DNA from: Tubiluchus corallicola
Taxonomy: Eukaryota; Animalia; Priapulida
NCBI GenBank assembly: GCA_030141605.1
Contig: JAQGDQ010001196.1
Coordinates: forward strand, 1-56,083
Direction: 5' to 3'
DNA: 56,083 bases
Notes under the pieces: model-generated
Database searches by the model: none
The model's input: only the letters and a program-made list of their open reading frames with translations
What the model was told of the DNA's origin: nothing
Part shown: positions 14,151 through 27,157 of the stretch, piece by piece
Numbering within the stretch: the stretch's first letter is position 1
Layout of the letters: each line of letters opens with the position of its first letter
Program-made: the position numbers and the translations under genes

Positions 14151-16394
14151 GTATATCGTTTAGAAATTAATCGCACACGTCAAAAATTTCGACATTTCGT
14201 TGCTGCTTGTTGCACGGCTTTACGTTTTTGGCAGTTTGAGAAGGGAGTATATGGTCGAGTGGTCACATCGTCGCTCGCTTGGCAACCAGTGTTAAGAATG
14301 GCACTGAGCTGCCCATTAAAAGACTAGGTGAAACAGTTCGACACTCAATCTGGGAGATTTTGTTCACTATACTGACTCTGTTACCTTGTAGAGTAAGGAA
14401 GCACACACATCCGAACAAGGCAAGGCACTTCTGCTGGTTCATTGGCTCAGCTTAGGAGCACATCCTTAAAAACCAGTCAGGCTCCATTCTTGCCACAGCT
14501 ACCTATTTTGGGTAGGACCTGTCTTTGCATGCGGAACTAAAGGATTGCAAATTGCATAAAAAACTAGATTGAAATGCGAAGCATCTGGCTACTCACATAA
14601 ACGCACGTATGTTTTGCTCGCATGTAAAATGTACAAAGTACAAACTTTAGTAATGCGCTATGTTTCGTATAATGCCCTTCTCGTCCGTTCTTTTATGTCA
14701 TTCAGCTAGCAAATGTGACGTCACAATAACAAATAAGCGTTGTGCAGAAAAGATACGAATGAATTGTACAAATGATAAGACCGTCACGGCGAAATAGGTT
14801 AGAGGTTCTCACTTTGCAAGCAAGTTTCCAAAATTATAAAAAATTGCAAGTTTTATCGTAGTATGTCTGTCTGTCCTTGGAGACAGAATTATTAACTATC
14901 CAGTTTTTACCTTTGGTGGGAATATTTGCATGTTTTCATCATTGCAGGACGGCTGTCTTTCAAGTGTAATGTTCCTCGCCATATCTGCGGCCTCTTGCCT
15001 GTGGAACCCTTTAGCAGAAAATTGTTCAACATCCTTTGCTTCAAGAACAATGTTAATAGATATCTTTTGTTACTAATAATTTAATTTTAAGAATTCTTGC
15101 TTTCGCGAACACGTGCAACTCGCTCGTGGAACGTTTGCGCTGTCGAAAATTATGTTCATTTGTGACGTCATCACTAGCTGTGTTCACCTGCCATCAATTA
15201 AGTTTTTTACCTGCTATTTAATTGTCAGAATTGCTTTTGCATTATAATAGGTGTTAAAATGTAATAGGTGTTAAAATGTATGTTTTTTTACCATATTTGA
15301 AAGTTATCACGTTTTCCTTTAAATTGCAAAGGTTAAACGAGGCATTTAGACAGTTACAGTGCAACATATGGCTTACTTTTTTTTATATTTGAATAAAGAA
15401 GGATATTATGGGCATTTGATGACAGTTAGTTCTTGAGTAATATGTTTCAGTTAAGACTGTAGATAACAAAAGATAGCAGATCTATTACTAGATTTAAAAA
15501 AATGCTAAAAAATCAAATTTTAAGTAAGTATCAGTGAGTAATAAAAATTTCTATCAGTATCCATCCTCACAGTAGTTAAAAAACAGTGGTGTTAGCTTAA
15601 TCAAGTTATTTTAAATTTACATACTATTAAAAAATAATAGTCTTTCTATCTTTTATATCATCCCATATATGAGCTTCATTCATTACATCATTCCATTTTA
15701 AGCACTAATGCTTTTTTTATCACGATTCACTTTAAATTTTCAGATTATCTCCATATTTTTTCTATCACTGTGTGGGACAATCTAACAAGCCCTGCTTTTT
15801 CATTGCCCGCAACACATTTACCTTCGTGTATAAGTGAACAGTGTTTGAGGCTTTTCCTGTGCAGTATTTCTTATTTGTATTATATCCATTGCAGGCCCTT
15901 TCACTAGATATTGTATATGAAACCATTGTAAATGTGTATGGTGAAATAACTGACTTATGACATGTTGCATCAAGAGGAAGAGAGGATTTTTCACCTATTC
16001 TTAGTTAAATATTGTATTTGTCCATCCAGTAAATTCTTCGTCATACAGTTCAATAACTAGGAATTTTACTAGCTCAATTAAATAGGCGAAAATTAAAGCA
16101 AAATCTTTTCACTGTTTTTTTCATTTGCCGCCTTTGAAGGTAGCTTATTTTCTGCTTCCAAAAAATACATAAAAATCTTACTTACTACATACCTGTAGTA
16201 CATAACTAGTAAGACTAATAAGCAAGCTAGCAAGTTTTTTTTTTCTTTTTTCTCCTCATCTCCTAAGTAATTGTTGCTCTTTCTCATACTTACTTTTTCG
16301 CACAAATTTTTCTATATTACACTTTTCTGATGCTTATTTTTTTCTTTCTATACTTTCACTTTTTAACTTTACTCACTAACCTTGGTCAAATTCC

Positions 16395-16830
16395 CCTGTT
16401 AATAAGACCCCATTTCAAACTACTACATATAATAATCCTAATTACTGAATAATTGTATTGTTCTGTTTAGATTTAGGTATCTAACTTTATTATTTTTTGT
16501 TTTCAGTTCTTTTTGGATAATTTGTATCATTTATACTGTTTTTATTATAATTTTTTTCTTATTTGTTTTTGTTTTTGTTATCTGCAGCATCACAAAATAC
16601 TAATCTATTTATAAGAAAGGGCAGGAGACTAGATGACCCTATTGTCCTTCCCTGCCCTGCTCCATGATTATAATTACTTAATATTTAAAAAACTTTTGAT
16701 GTTAAACTAATTGGAGAAAACAAATGTTCTATGTCTATGTCTATGTCTATGTCTATGTCTATGACCATGTCTATATCTATGTCAATGTCTATGTCTATGT
16801 GTATGACCATGTGTATGTCTATGTCAATGT
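16395..16830 (+). mobile_element. LINE-like 3' UTR with hairpin and (CTATGT)n tail; second copy ~25500-25860 (-)
   Basis: About 360 bp shared in inverted orientation with 25500-25860; hairpin 16618-16658; hexamer tail 16728-16830. Confidence 0.75.
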
Positions 16831-16977
16831 GAATTGTTTTCAAACACTTTAGTTACTTTCTAAAGACTCAGAAACTTGTTTGACTAATGACAAAATACTC
16901 GTCAATATTTGTATTTTGATCTTATAAACTGTCATAGCAGGTTGAATCTGAATGTGAATGCTGCTTTGTTTTTTTAG

Positions 16978-17045
16978 GCTGTTGATTCAGATTCATGACG
17001 AGTTGTTACTGGAAGTTCCGGATGGTGGCGTCAGAGAGGTGGCAG
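16978..17045 (+). CDS. POLN: DNA polymerase nu exon (motif C)
   Basis: tttag|..|gtaga; LLIQIHDELLLEVPD contains the family-A catalytic HDE. Confidence 0.95.
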
Positions 17046-17190
17046 GTAGAAACACATTTTTGTAATCAGAAAATTATGCGTCATTTGCACGTAATTTATT
17101 TCTTAATCTAAATTTGGATAATTGGACCGGCAGATTTCTGCCAAATCTATTTTTGTTTGTTTGTTGTATTTTTCGTTAAAGTTTCGGCGG

Positions 17191-18209
17191 TTCCTTTCCT
17201 TTAGCACACCACAAACAGTTTAAGTAATAACAGTAAAATAAACCCAACATGCTGAGTGACTTGTTCTTTCCTCTAGCACACCACAAACAGTTTAAGTAAT
17301 AACAGTAAAATAAATCCAACATAATGAGTGGCTTGTTCTTTCCTTTAGCACACCACAAACAGTTTAAGTAATAACAGTAAAATAAACCCAACATACTGAG
17401 TGACTTGTTCTTTCCTTTAGCACACCACAAACAGTTTAAGTGATAACAGTAAAATAAACCCAACATACTGAATGACTTGTTCTTTCCTTTAGCACACCAC
17501 AAACAGTTTAAGTAATAACAGTAAAATAAATCCAACATACTGAGTGACTTGTTCTTTCCTTTAGCACACCACAAACAGTTTAAGTAATAACAGTAAAATA
17601 AATCCAACATACTGAGTGGCCTGTTCTTTCCTTTAGCACACCACAAACAGTTTAAGTGATAACAGTAAAATAAACCCAACATACTGAGTGACTTGTTCTT
17701 TCCTTTAGCACACCACAAACAGTTTAAGTGATAACAGTAAAATAAACCCAACATACTGAGTGACTTGTTCTTTCCTTTAGCACACCACAAACAGTTTAAG
17801 TGATAACAGTAAAATAAACCCAACATACTGAGTGACTGTTCTTTCCTTTAGCACACCACAAACAGTTTAAGTGATAACAGTAAAATAAACCCAACATACT
17901 GAGTGACTTGTTCTTTCCTTTAGCACACCACAAACAGTTTAAGTAATAACAGTAAAATAAACCCAACATACTGAGTGACTTGTTCTTTCCTTTAGCACAC
18001 CACAAACAGTTTAAGTAATAACAGTAAAATAAATCCAACATACTGAGTGGCCTGTTCTTTCCTTTAGCACACCACAAACAGTTTAAGTGATAACAGTAAA
18101 ATAAACCCAACATACTGAATGACTTGTTCTTTCCTTTAGCACACCACAAACAGTTTAAGTAATAACAGTAAAATAAATCCAACATACTGAGTGACTTATT
18201 CTTTCCTTT
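17191..18209. repeat. 72-bp minisatellite, about 14 copies, intronic
   Basis: ttctttcctttagcacaccacaaacagtttaagtaataacagtaaaataaacccaacatactgagtgacttg repeated; it explains the 24-aa periodic ORFs. Confidence 0.97.
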
Positions 18210-18882
18210 AAAAGGAAATAAATTAATTGTCTGTAAGTTTTCTTATTTACAATCGCGTAAAAATTTTAATGCTATAAAAACTTCATTATCCTACCCTTTT
18301 ACCTGCTAGCCATTTAATACGCCTTGGGTTTTGCTAAGTATTGTTCTAGCATTTACCACACGATGCACATAAAAAAATTATATATAAGTAATTGCCTGCT
18401 GTCAATGCTTTGGCTTGCAAATCGCATTATGTTATTAGCATTTATAAAGCTTAAAAAGTCGCAGTAGATTATGTCAAAATGTCTACACGATTCAGAGTGT
18501 AAGCCGAAACAAAATAGAGGTTACAGACTGGAATGGCTTTGATATTTAATGCACCTCGCCTTACCGCCAACCCCTCTATAGCGCCAGATTTAGTGGTGTC
18601 CCAAACCTGACGTTATAACGAGGTTTGACTGTACCACTACTTACGATTAAAGTGATAAGCGATCTCAACTAACGTGTTAATAATAATAATAATAATCTTT
18701 ATTTTCGTAAAAAGATGAATTATTATTTTTAAACAGAAAACAGTTGTCGTCTTTGTAGGACTACTGTTTAACCAAAAATGTGCATGCGCTGTTGAGTTGA
18801 GCAAGTTGGTCATTTTCTAAACTGTTTGCCGTTTCCTTCTTATATGACACTTGGGTCTCATGCAGAGTTCGAACGTAGACAT

Positions 18883-19383
18883 CAGGGGTGTGCAAATTAT
18901 CTGACTAGCCGGGCCACATTAAACTTTCCCGCAATTCCTGCGGGCCACAGGCAGTTTGATCAAGGAGCCAAGTACAGAAAGGCCTAATAACGATTTTTTT
19001 TGCATCCGACCCGCGTACATCATTACTACTACACTCAAGAAACTATTTTAGAAGTTATTAAAATTTATATTACAAACCATATATTTCTACTTTCAGGACA
19101 GATAGTGGTAATTTCATTACAATGCATATTAGTAATGTGTATCACACAGTCTGTGTAGTACAGTGACATTAAGCTACAACCGTCTTGTAAGGGTTAATGG
19201 CATCCGATCTAGTAGAAAAAACTACACGCACTATCTTTGGGATCGTGGCACGGACTTCAGCTAGACACACTCAATTAATCGCCTTTGCCGCACTTTCATT
19301 AGGTTGACAAATCTCTTCGCGGGCCGCACAAATTCTCTCGGCGGGCTGCAAGTGGCCTGCGGGCCGCAATTTGCACACGCCTA
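18883..19383. mobile_element. hAT (Charlie-like) MITE, same family as 46857-47342
   Basis: Left TIR caggggtgtgcaaatt, decayed right TIR aatttgcacacgccta; body matches the 46857 copy. Confidence 0.88.
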
Positions 19384-19697
19384 TAGTTTAAAATAATGTT
19401 TGCATAGAGGCAAAAATTTTGCTAATCTGATATATACATTGCTTAGATAACTTGTAATTAAATTGGAGAGAACACACATTTAAGAATCAACTTGCTAATT
19501 CAGAATTCATATATCCTTGGCCACATTAATTAAATCATAGTTTTTTCATTTTTTGTGCATAGCTGTAAATACGTTTGATTTTATTCGTCGTTACTTTCCA
19601 TTACTGCACAGTAGTTTAGATTGCACTGACGCATTTGCCTTTAGCAGTGTAAGTTTTTATTAGTGATTATCAATGTATTTTAATGCAAAATAAAGAT

Positions 19698-19733
<36 letters not shown>

Positions 19734-19750
19734 GCTTTTGTCATTTTCAG

Positions 19751-19875
19751 ATTTACTTTCGAGTACAATGCAAGACGTCGATGCTCTTTGTGGGGCAGCA
19801 GTGAGACTGAGAGTGCCGCTTCCGGTCACCGTCAGCGTAGGGAAAACTTGGGGAAGCGTCAAAAACTTAATTTGA
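19751..19875 (+). CDS. POLN: DNA polymerase nu terminal exon
   Basis: ttcag|; DLLSSTMQDVDALCGAAVRLRVPLPVTVSVGKTWGSVKNLI* shows the family-A C-terminal L.VPL.V...G..WG pattern; TGA at 19873-19875. Confidence 0.93.
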
Positions 19876-20030
19876 CAATTTTTTTCATACTTCATTTGTC
19901 AAATTTTTCGCATACATGTATAAATTTTACACATCTATGCACTCGATTTTTTGCACTTTATTATTGTTCACTATTAAGTACTGTTATAATTTTTAAGTAT
20001 TTTAATTTAATTTATGTTGACATACATGTA

Positions 20031-20286
20031 CAGTCTAGCCTCGTTATCTCGCCCCTCGTTATGCCGCCAAACTCGTCTCTCGCCATAGAAAGTACCAGGA
20101 CGGATTTCCTCCTTTGATATTTACCTCATTAAGTCGCCACCCTTGCTTCTCGCCCTCGCCATGTCATGCTAGGATGAGTGCTTATGTAAACTATATTCGT
20201 TATGTCGCCAAACAGACAAACTCAGAGGTGAATCTCGCCAAAAATTTGCCCTAGACGGACAGTGGTGAGATAACGAGGCTAGACTG
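20031..20286. mobile_element. Tigger/pogo-like MITE in the presumed POLN 3' UTR
   Basis: TIRs cagtctagcctcgttatctc / gagataacgaggctagactg; tacatgta on both sides. Confidence 0.92.
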
Positions 20287-20835
20287 TACATGTATTAATT
20301 TTACACATCTATGCATTTGATTTTTTGTACTTTATTATTGTTCACTATTAAGTACTGTTATAATTTTTAAGTATTTTTTATTTAATTTATGTTGTACCAT
20401 TATTTATAAGTTTTGTTTTGAATATATATTTTCGAATTTTATTTGCCAAATAGTTTGAAAAGCTATATAATCATACCTTTTTTAGTTTATCGCTTTTAAA
20501 TTTGTTTTTATATACATACCTGCAGGTTTATCTAGATTCTCTAGAAAATCTCACAGTTACATTTGTGGGATGCAGTGTAAAGTCACTTTGTACCAAAGAT
20601 TTATGATTTATCTTTTTTACAAATTTTATATGTGATAACTTCGTTGTATAAAATGTAACTTCTTTCATCAACAAACTTTTATATTTTGTATTCTTTTGTA
20701 ACTACTAGAAATTGTCACTGGTAGAAGTTTATATTTAATAGTATTTATTGTAGATTTCTTTTGTATAAAATTACATATGCAAAGACCGTGTTTTAATTAT
20801 TTATTATAATGTAATTTTTCTGGTGTAATTGTTAT

Positions 20836-20859
20836 AATAAATTCAACCTTGGTAATAAA
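20836..20859 (+). terminator. Candidate POLN polyadenylation signals
   Basis: Two AATAAA (20836, 20854) about 1 kb after the stop, followed by GT-rich sequence; weak evidence in AT-rich DNA. Confidence 0.35.
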
Positions 20860-20974
20860 TTGCAAACGTTTTGTGGCAAAATTTTAAAATGTTTTGGCTG
20901 TTCACTTGCTATTTTTCGAAATAAATATATACAAAAGCATGGCAGAAACAAATCATTGCTAATCCTTTACACCA

Positions 20975-21212
20975 GGTGGCGTAGGTCAATGGGAGCATGT
21001 TTGCTTCTGGAGGTCTAAGGTTCAAGTACCGACAGAGTCGCACCGAAGACTTAAAAACGGTGCCCCTGGCTCTTCGGCCAAGCATGTGGGTTTGTCAAAG
21101 TAACAGGCGGGTAATAATAATCTGGACCAATAATAATTTGAAAGAAGTATTGAGTCACTTAAGGTGTTATCATTGGACTATGTCCTAAACGAAATTATTA
21201 TTATTATTATTA
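20975..21212 (+). mobile_element. tRNA-derived SINE, diverged, with Meta-like core and (ATT)n tail
   Basis: A-box-like tggcgtaggtcaatgg, B-box-like ggttcaagtacc, core gtcgcaccgaagacttaaaaacggt similar to the 47529 copy. Confidence 0.65.
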
Positions 21213-22263
21213 ATCCTATGTGGGCAGTTAATTAATTGTCCATTAGCAGAGACTTTTGTTGAGTAAGGCTTTAATGACATATTTCAGTTTTCTGTTTTTC
21301 ATATGTGTTGGAAAGCAAACGACATCATGTTATATACTGCTGTGCTTCCTGTATTGTGAGCAGGTGGTACTGCATATTTTGTTTAATAATATTTCAAACT
21401 GTTTGCTGGCTATTTTGTCAATTGCTGTATTGCCATTGGCCTAACCGAAACTGGTATATCATTAAGCTGCCCTAACTGCACTGTCATGCATGAGTACTGT
21501 GACTGTTATACTAGAAATGTACAGCTTGTTTTGTGAATTGATTTTTACGAGCACTGGATATTATTGTTACACTTTAACAGCCTACATTCACTAAAAAGCT
21601 TACACACCCACACACAATTTTATAACTGTAAATTATATTGTCACATTAAGTCAATTTTATGGATAAAGTTTGTCTACATTAAATCAGAGAATGTAGTATC
21701 TACTATGTGCGTGTACATTAAATCAGAGAATATAGTATCTACTATGCGTGTGTGGAAAAAGAAAAATTTTGATTATGTTAATTTTGTTGCATTTTTTTGG
21801 TTTCAATATTACCTGCAGATGCTGAATTATAATAAGAGTCAACACATACACGCACGCACACACCCACCTACACGCACGCACGTGCACACACAATAATATT
21901 GGAGGTAGAATGTACATGCTCCAACATCACTTTTACAGTCGTTAATATTGTCACGGTTTGGTACTGACAGTATTACTGTATGTGTGTGAATGCCCCTTTA
22001 AGAATTGTTATGATTCTGCTATTTCGCAAAAAACTGTAAAACTAAAAAACTGTCATTAATGATAATAAAAAAACTGCTCAAAATAATAATGCTGATTTTT
22101 CAAGTGGTGGCGCCTGGAAACGGTTTTTAGTTCGTCACGCCTGGTGACTGCTTCTCAAAACAAAAGCGAGCGAATGGCGAAATGGGTTAAGTGCTGCGGT
22201 TCAGTTAAGTTTGTCACAGTGTTCTACGGGGAAGTGTGAAGAGATGAGAAAGCGACCGAGTAC

Positions 22264-22561
22264 ATGATGAAGTTAGGGTACTGCATTTTAATTTGCAGTA
22301 TATTCTTTGTGCACCTGCCCAGTGCAAAATGTGAAATACATCGTTCAAAATCGCACACGGGAAGGACGCATGTGTATCGGGATGCGGAACATGAAACTTA
22401 CAGCCAGGATGGCGGGACAGAAAACTTGTTTAACTGGGGTGAACTGACACCGGGAAAGGCTTGGTTGTGCTCAATTTGTGGTTCTTTCCTGGTTGGATTA
22501 AGCGGGGTCTTCCCGATTGCTGTTATCCCGCTGGAAGCTGGTCCTTCCCTGGAACATGGCG
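22264..22561 (+). CDS. SLC39A13: ZIP13-like zinc transporter, coding exon 1 (signal peptide, TM1)
   Basis: Hydrophobic N-terminus MMKLGYCILICSIFFVHLPSAKC; AWLCSICGSFLVGLSGVFPIAVIPLE resembles ZIP13 TM1; G|gtaag donor. Confidence 0.92.
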
Positions 22562-25500
22562 GTAAGCTTCTAATTCTATTTTTAGAAAATTCATTTTAGA
22601 AATGGCGTGGGTTGCTTGTGTCTCAACTAAGATCCATTGTAGACGAAATTCCTTACCAGTTTCTTGATTTATAGATGTTTTTTGACAATGGCTAAAACAT
22701 TTTGTTAATTAATAAATGATGTTTAAAGAATAAAGTTTAAAGAACAGAATTTTCAGGTTTTGCACTAATTTTTAGTAACACTAACAATAATGGAATCGTG
22801 TAATGAGAATTTTGGTGTGAAATTCAAAACAATTCAGATTACCAAGAATTTATGGGTGTAGTAGTGTTAACAATTTTGGCATATTCATTAAATTTCATAA
22901 GGTATTGATTTAAAAGTACACAAGGAAGTAAAAACTTGAACTTGAAATTTCTTACTCTATTAACTCTTTAACATCAAAAATGAACAAAAATACCTTTAAT
23001 TGATATTATTATCTGTCAGCTGAAAAAGGTCAGAATAAAATTCTAATATATGCTTAGATGAAGTAAGACACATGCGTCTTATCTGTTGTTTTTGTAAAGT
23101 TCTTTTTATAATATCGTTTTGACTTAGTTTTATACATACTCTGCCTGGATACCATATTCATCCAGGTACCTGATAATATACCTGTAAATGCGAAATATCT
23201 ATATAATTCGATTTGGTGATGATCGTACTGATGTGCTTATCAATAATTTGTGTACAAATAAGACGATCATCTAGTGTTATTTGTTCAGTGGTCTGCATTG
23301 CTACGAAACAAACAAATCACGGTCGATCACACGCCTCGTGTTCCAGATAATGCTGCTTGTTATGTATTTATCCATTTGTGATGTCTGGTGAATAAATTAT
23401 GTTTATCAGTAATGGCTACTTGTACGTAGTTCACAATGCTGCTGTAACATTCTTCCTTCATAGTCCAATTCACTGCTGACAATATCTAATACTTTTGTGT
23501 ATGAACAAAAGCAGTGAACCTGCTACAGGGTGTTCCAAAAGAAATGGCGTAGTAGAAATATGACAAAATGAACCTGGACTTAGAACTTATAAGTTATATA
23601 AATTTTAAGATTATTTATTTCCACTCTGCATCTAACAGTTATTATCAAAATACAGATAATTTCACTGAAGTAAATATAAATATAAATGCAATATTATCCA
23701 GAAATTACAAAAGAGATTCTTATGCAGCATATACATGTGCAAATTACATTACAGAGTAATCTTGATGCATGCAGTTTGAGCCTAAAAGCATAGCTTGACA
23801 GGGCAAACTATACGTGGAAATCTTAAAGAAGTGATTAACAATTGAAATAATAACAATACATACATAAAAGTGGAGGGGGGGGATAGTGAATTAAAGATGA
23901 AATGGAGTGAGAACTAAGAAAAACTGTGATCATGATTATAAAGTGTTCAGTAACCTGTTGAGCATAGTCACGTTATATTAAGATTACCGTGGAACTGCAT
24001 TATAACATAATAATGTAAAAATCATATGTATTTAGGGTGTCTCAAAAGTCACTAAAAAGAGCTAAAAATCGCCAAAAGAGCCTAAGAAGCTGCCAAATAA
24101 GGCAAAAAACATTAATGCCATTTTTGCAGGTCTGCTGCACATAACTCGATCTCCAATTCTTAGTTTTGTAATTCTTACATATGTGACGTACACACAGATA
24201 TGCAAATTTTAGACCTACAGGCAATGTGGTAATAAAGATGTAGCTAATTAAAATGCGTTTTGAAAAAATGCCCATGTGGGGCACCAGAAAAGCTAACGAC
24301 CTCTCTTCATTAATTTGTTAATAACTTCAGAAGTGCTAATTTTGTCAAGCTGCTTTTTTATATTCCCGAAAGTAAGAAACAAATCTGAGATGGTGCGTAT
24401 GGGGTCTCTGAATTTTTTGGGGGGGGGCAGAGGATTCTTTGCCCGAATTGTTAGAATTTCACCCGATTTTTTAGGCCCCTGTTTCAACAAGTACAACCTT
24501 ACTGAGTTCCATATAGCAAATACAAAAATTCGTCATTTCTGATGCCATAAGACTGCACTCATGAAGCTGATCAACATTATTTATTAGCCATATTGAAATG
24601 TGATGCACAACACATGATATGTCCTATATGGCCAGATATCTCGATAAGCTGTGCTTGTTTGATTATGCACAAGCACCTGGATCATTAGGTTTCAAAGATT
24701 ATCATTGATTATGGTATAAACAGTGTCCTAAGAACCAGAAGTGTGGTGATAACTTCCAGAACAGAACAGTTGACTGAGATGACAGAGCAATGGACCAGTA
24801 AAGTGGAAGTAGCCATATTTCATGACTGATATACGAATCGGTTACATAATCTGTCAAATCAGCAATCACCACGCAAGATGCAAGAGTTAAGAATGCAACT
24901 ATGCACAGACACTTGCCACTTTCTCATGTCGGTCATATTAGCTCAGAAAAAGAATTTATCACGTTTGTTTCGGTGGCCGAATTTATCTATTATTTGACCC
25001 ATCTTATTGGCCATTGCGCAGTTGGTCACCTGACGCTCAATGTTCAGAATGGCTAAATTAGGAAGACGTGCCTGGCCCATCGTATTTCTCAAGTATGTTT
25101 TCAAACGGCGAAGGGGACTGAAGGAGCGTTCGGCGGAACAAGATGTTGTTCTTTTGAAAGAAACACAATTTAGTCATTGTATCAATGCAAATGACCCAAA
25201 AAATGTAACAAAGTCAGAAAACTTTTTATGGTAGTACATAGCGGTTTGAATAACCCTTCTCAAAAAAAAAAACGAAGGCCAAAGTTTAAAGTCATGAGTA
25301 AAATAAAAGAGATTTGCTCTATACATTTTACATGATATTTTGCACTTTTGTACATTGTTATTAATCTGACATTCAAGTTTTTTCAAGCAAGTGCTTTACA
25401 GCGCGTGGCTGCTTGTTTTTTGTCCAGCCTGGTTTATAGCTGCCAGAACTAATTATTAACACCCATATATGACAGTATGCAATGTGCCTTTCAAGACAAA

Positions 25501-26259
25501 ACAAACTATAGACATAGAACATTTATTTCTCCAATTAGTTAAACATCAAAAGTTTTTTAAATATTAAGTAATTATAATCATGGAGCAGGGCAGGGAAGGA
25601 CCATAGGGTCATCTAGTCTCCTGCCCTTTCTTATAAATTGATTAGTATATTAAAAATTAACGGTGATGCTGCAGATAACAAAAACAAATAAGAAAAACAT
25701 AGTAACAAAAACAGTATAAATGATAAAAATTATCCAAAAAGAACTGAAAACCAACAATAAAACAAGTTAAATTCCTAAATCTAAACAAAACAATACAATT
25801 TTTCAGTAATTGGGATTATTATATGTAGTAGTTTCAAATGGGGTCTTATTAACAGTGGAAAATGAATACACATAAATGAAAATATATACGTACATGATGA
25901 CGATGCGAATTAACAGATATTTATAACACAAAGATTTTAACTTTAGTGAACTATATGTGAATTGAAAGTCAATTACCTTTGCCGTAACTGATAACCTGGG
26001 TCATATGGGGCATTGCAAGCCTCTGGCCATACTACTGACATTCACAATTAGCCTTAATTGACGTTTTCGGCCAGCATTTCCTATTGTGTTAATCACTGTC
26101 AAAAGACTAATTGCTTAAACATGGTTTTTTTAAGCACATTGGTCTCAAGGAAGGCATGCCAGTAGAAACAGCATTTGTCCTTAATAAAGCATGTTGGTTC
26201 CTAAACTCGCTTGTAGGACTGCAGCGCTTTTTGACGAATTCGTTGAACTATAGCTTTAA

Positions 26260-26560
26260 CCCTTTCATGCCCGTTGTATCCCGTGGGGTGGGATACGAGA
26301 ATATTTTCTGCCTTTAAAATTAATAAAATTTTAAAACTGACATTTATTTGATCTGTTAATAGTTATTTTGATTTAAGCCAATAACAATAGAGTAAAAATA
26401 GTGATAAAATGGCAAACTAGAAAATCTACATGGCATAAAAAACTGCACAAGGTACAGTACTTTAGAGACGACTTTGTACAGATCAGCATAGCATGCATGC
26501 TAAAAGTCTTAAATACTTTAGAAAATTATCAGCAGTTGCAAAATGAAGCACATTTTTTGC
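26260..26560. mobile_element. piggyBac-like MITE, partial or variant copy
   Basis: TTAA|ccctttcatgcccgttgtatcccgtggg; matches the 37814 and 50762 copies for ~300 bp, then diverges. Confidence 0.8.
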
Positions 26561-26702
26561 TTTTGTTGTGTTTTAAAAAAAATCGGACTTTGTTTTTTTG
26601 CACACGAGAAAGAATGTCGTGTATCCCACTTGGGGATTCTATTCATGTTTATAAATAATGATTTTCTTGGAAAATTTTTGTACTAGAAAATGATGATGTA
26701 TA

Positions 26703-27157
26703 GGGTTTACGCGTCAAATTTAAATACAGGAAAGTTCAAATGTGACTTAGGTAAGTCAAATGTAGACATAGGAATTTCGAATGTGTTTTGGTAGCTCAAA
26801 TGTGACTTAGGTAAGTCAAATGTAGATGCATTACTTTGAATAAATCGGTAATTAAGTTATTTAAGTGCAAATAAGAAAAAGATAAACCAAAGATAGTGCA
26901 TCTATTAGTAGGCCTATAACGTTGTTATTTTAACTTAGGAGCAATTATTAAGTTAAGATTAAAGAAGATTAAATTTAACATCCTTAAACTTTACCACCTA
27001 TCCACATTTGAGATACCAATGTCACATTTGACTTGACATGTGTCTACATTTGACTTACCAAAACCACTTAAGATTTCTTGAAAGCCATTGTTAACACATT
27101 TGAATTGCCTAAATCTACATTTGAGTTAACACAGTTCTACATTTGACATGTAAAACC
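26703..27157. mobile_element. Unclassified MITE with TATA flanks and periodic TCAAATGT subterminal motifs
   Basis: TIRs gggtttacgcgtcaaat / atttgacatgtaaaacc; inverted sister copy at 40037-40577. Confidence 0.8.

Noticed and set aside
17176-18185. Cys-rich repetitive ORFs, or a CRISPR-like array
   Set aside because: Pure head-to-tail 72-bp repeats with no unique spacers, a frameshift, and an intronic eukaryotic context.
11332-19875. POLQ or horizontally acquired bacterial Pol I
   Set aside because: Spliceosomal introns are present, and TKRIVYSVMYG / AVNFVVQG fit Pol nu better than Pol theta or Pol I.
19869-19905. 10-bp inverted repeat covering the POLN stop codon (readthrough signal)
   Set aside because: AT-rich and weak; the protein already ends where family-A polymerase domains end.
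21883-21889. Metal-response element TGCACAC upstream of ZIP13
   Set aside because: A single match inside a CA-rich microsatellite-like tract; expected by chance.
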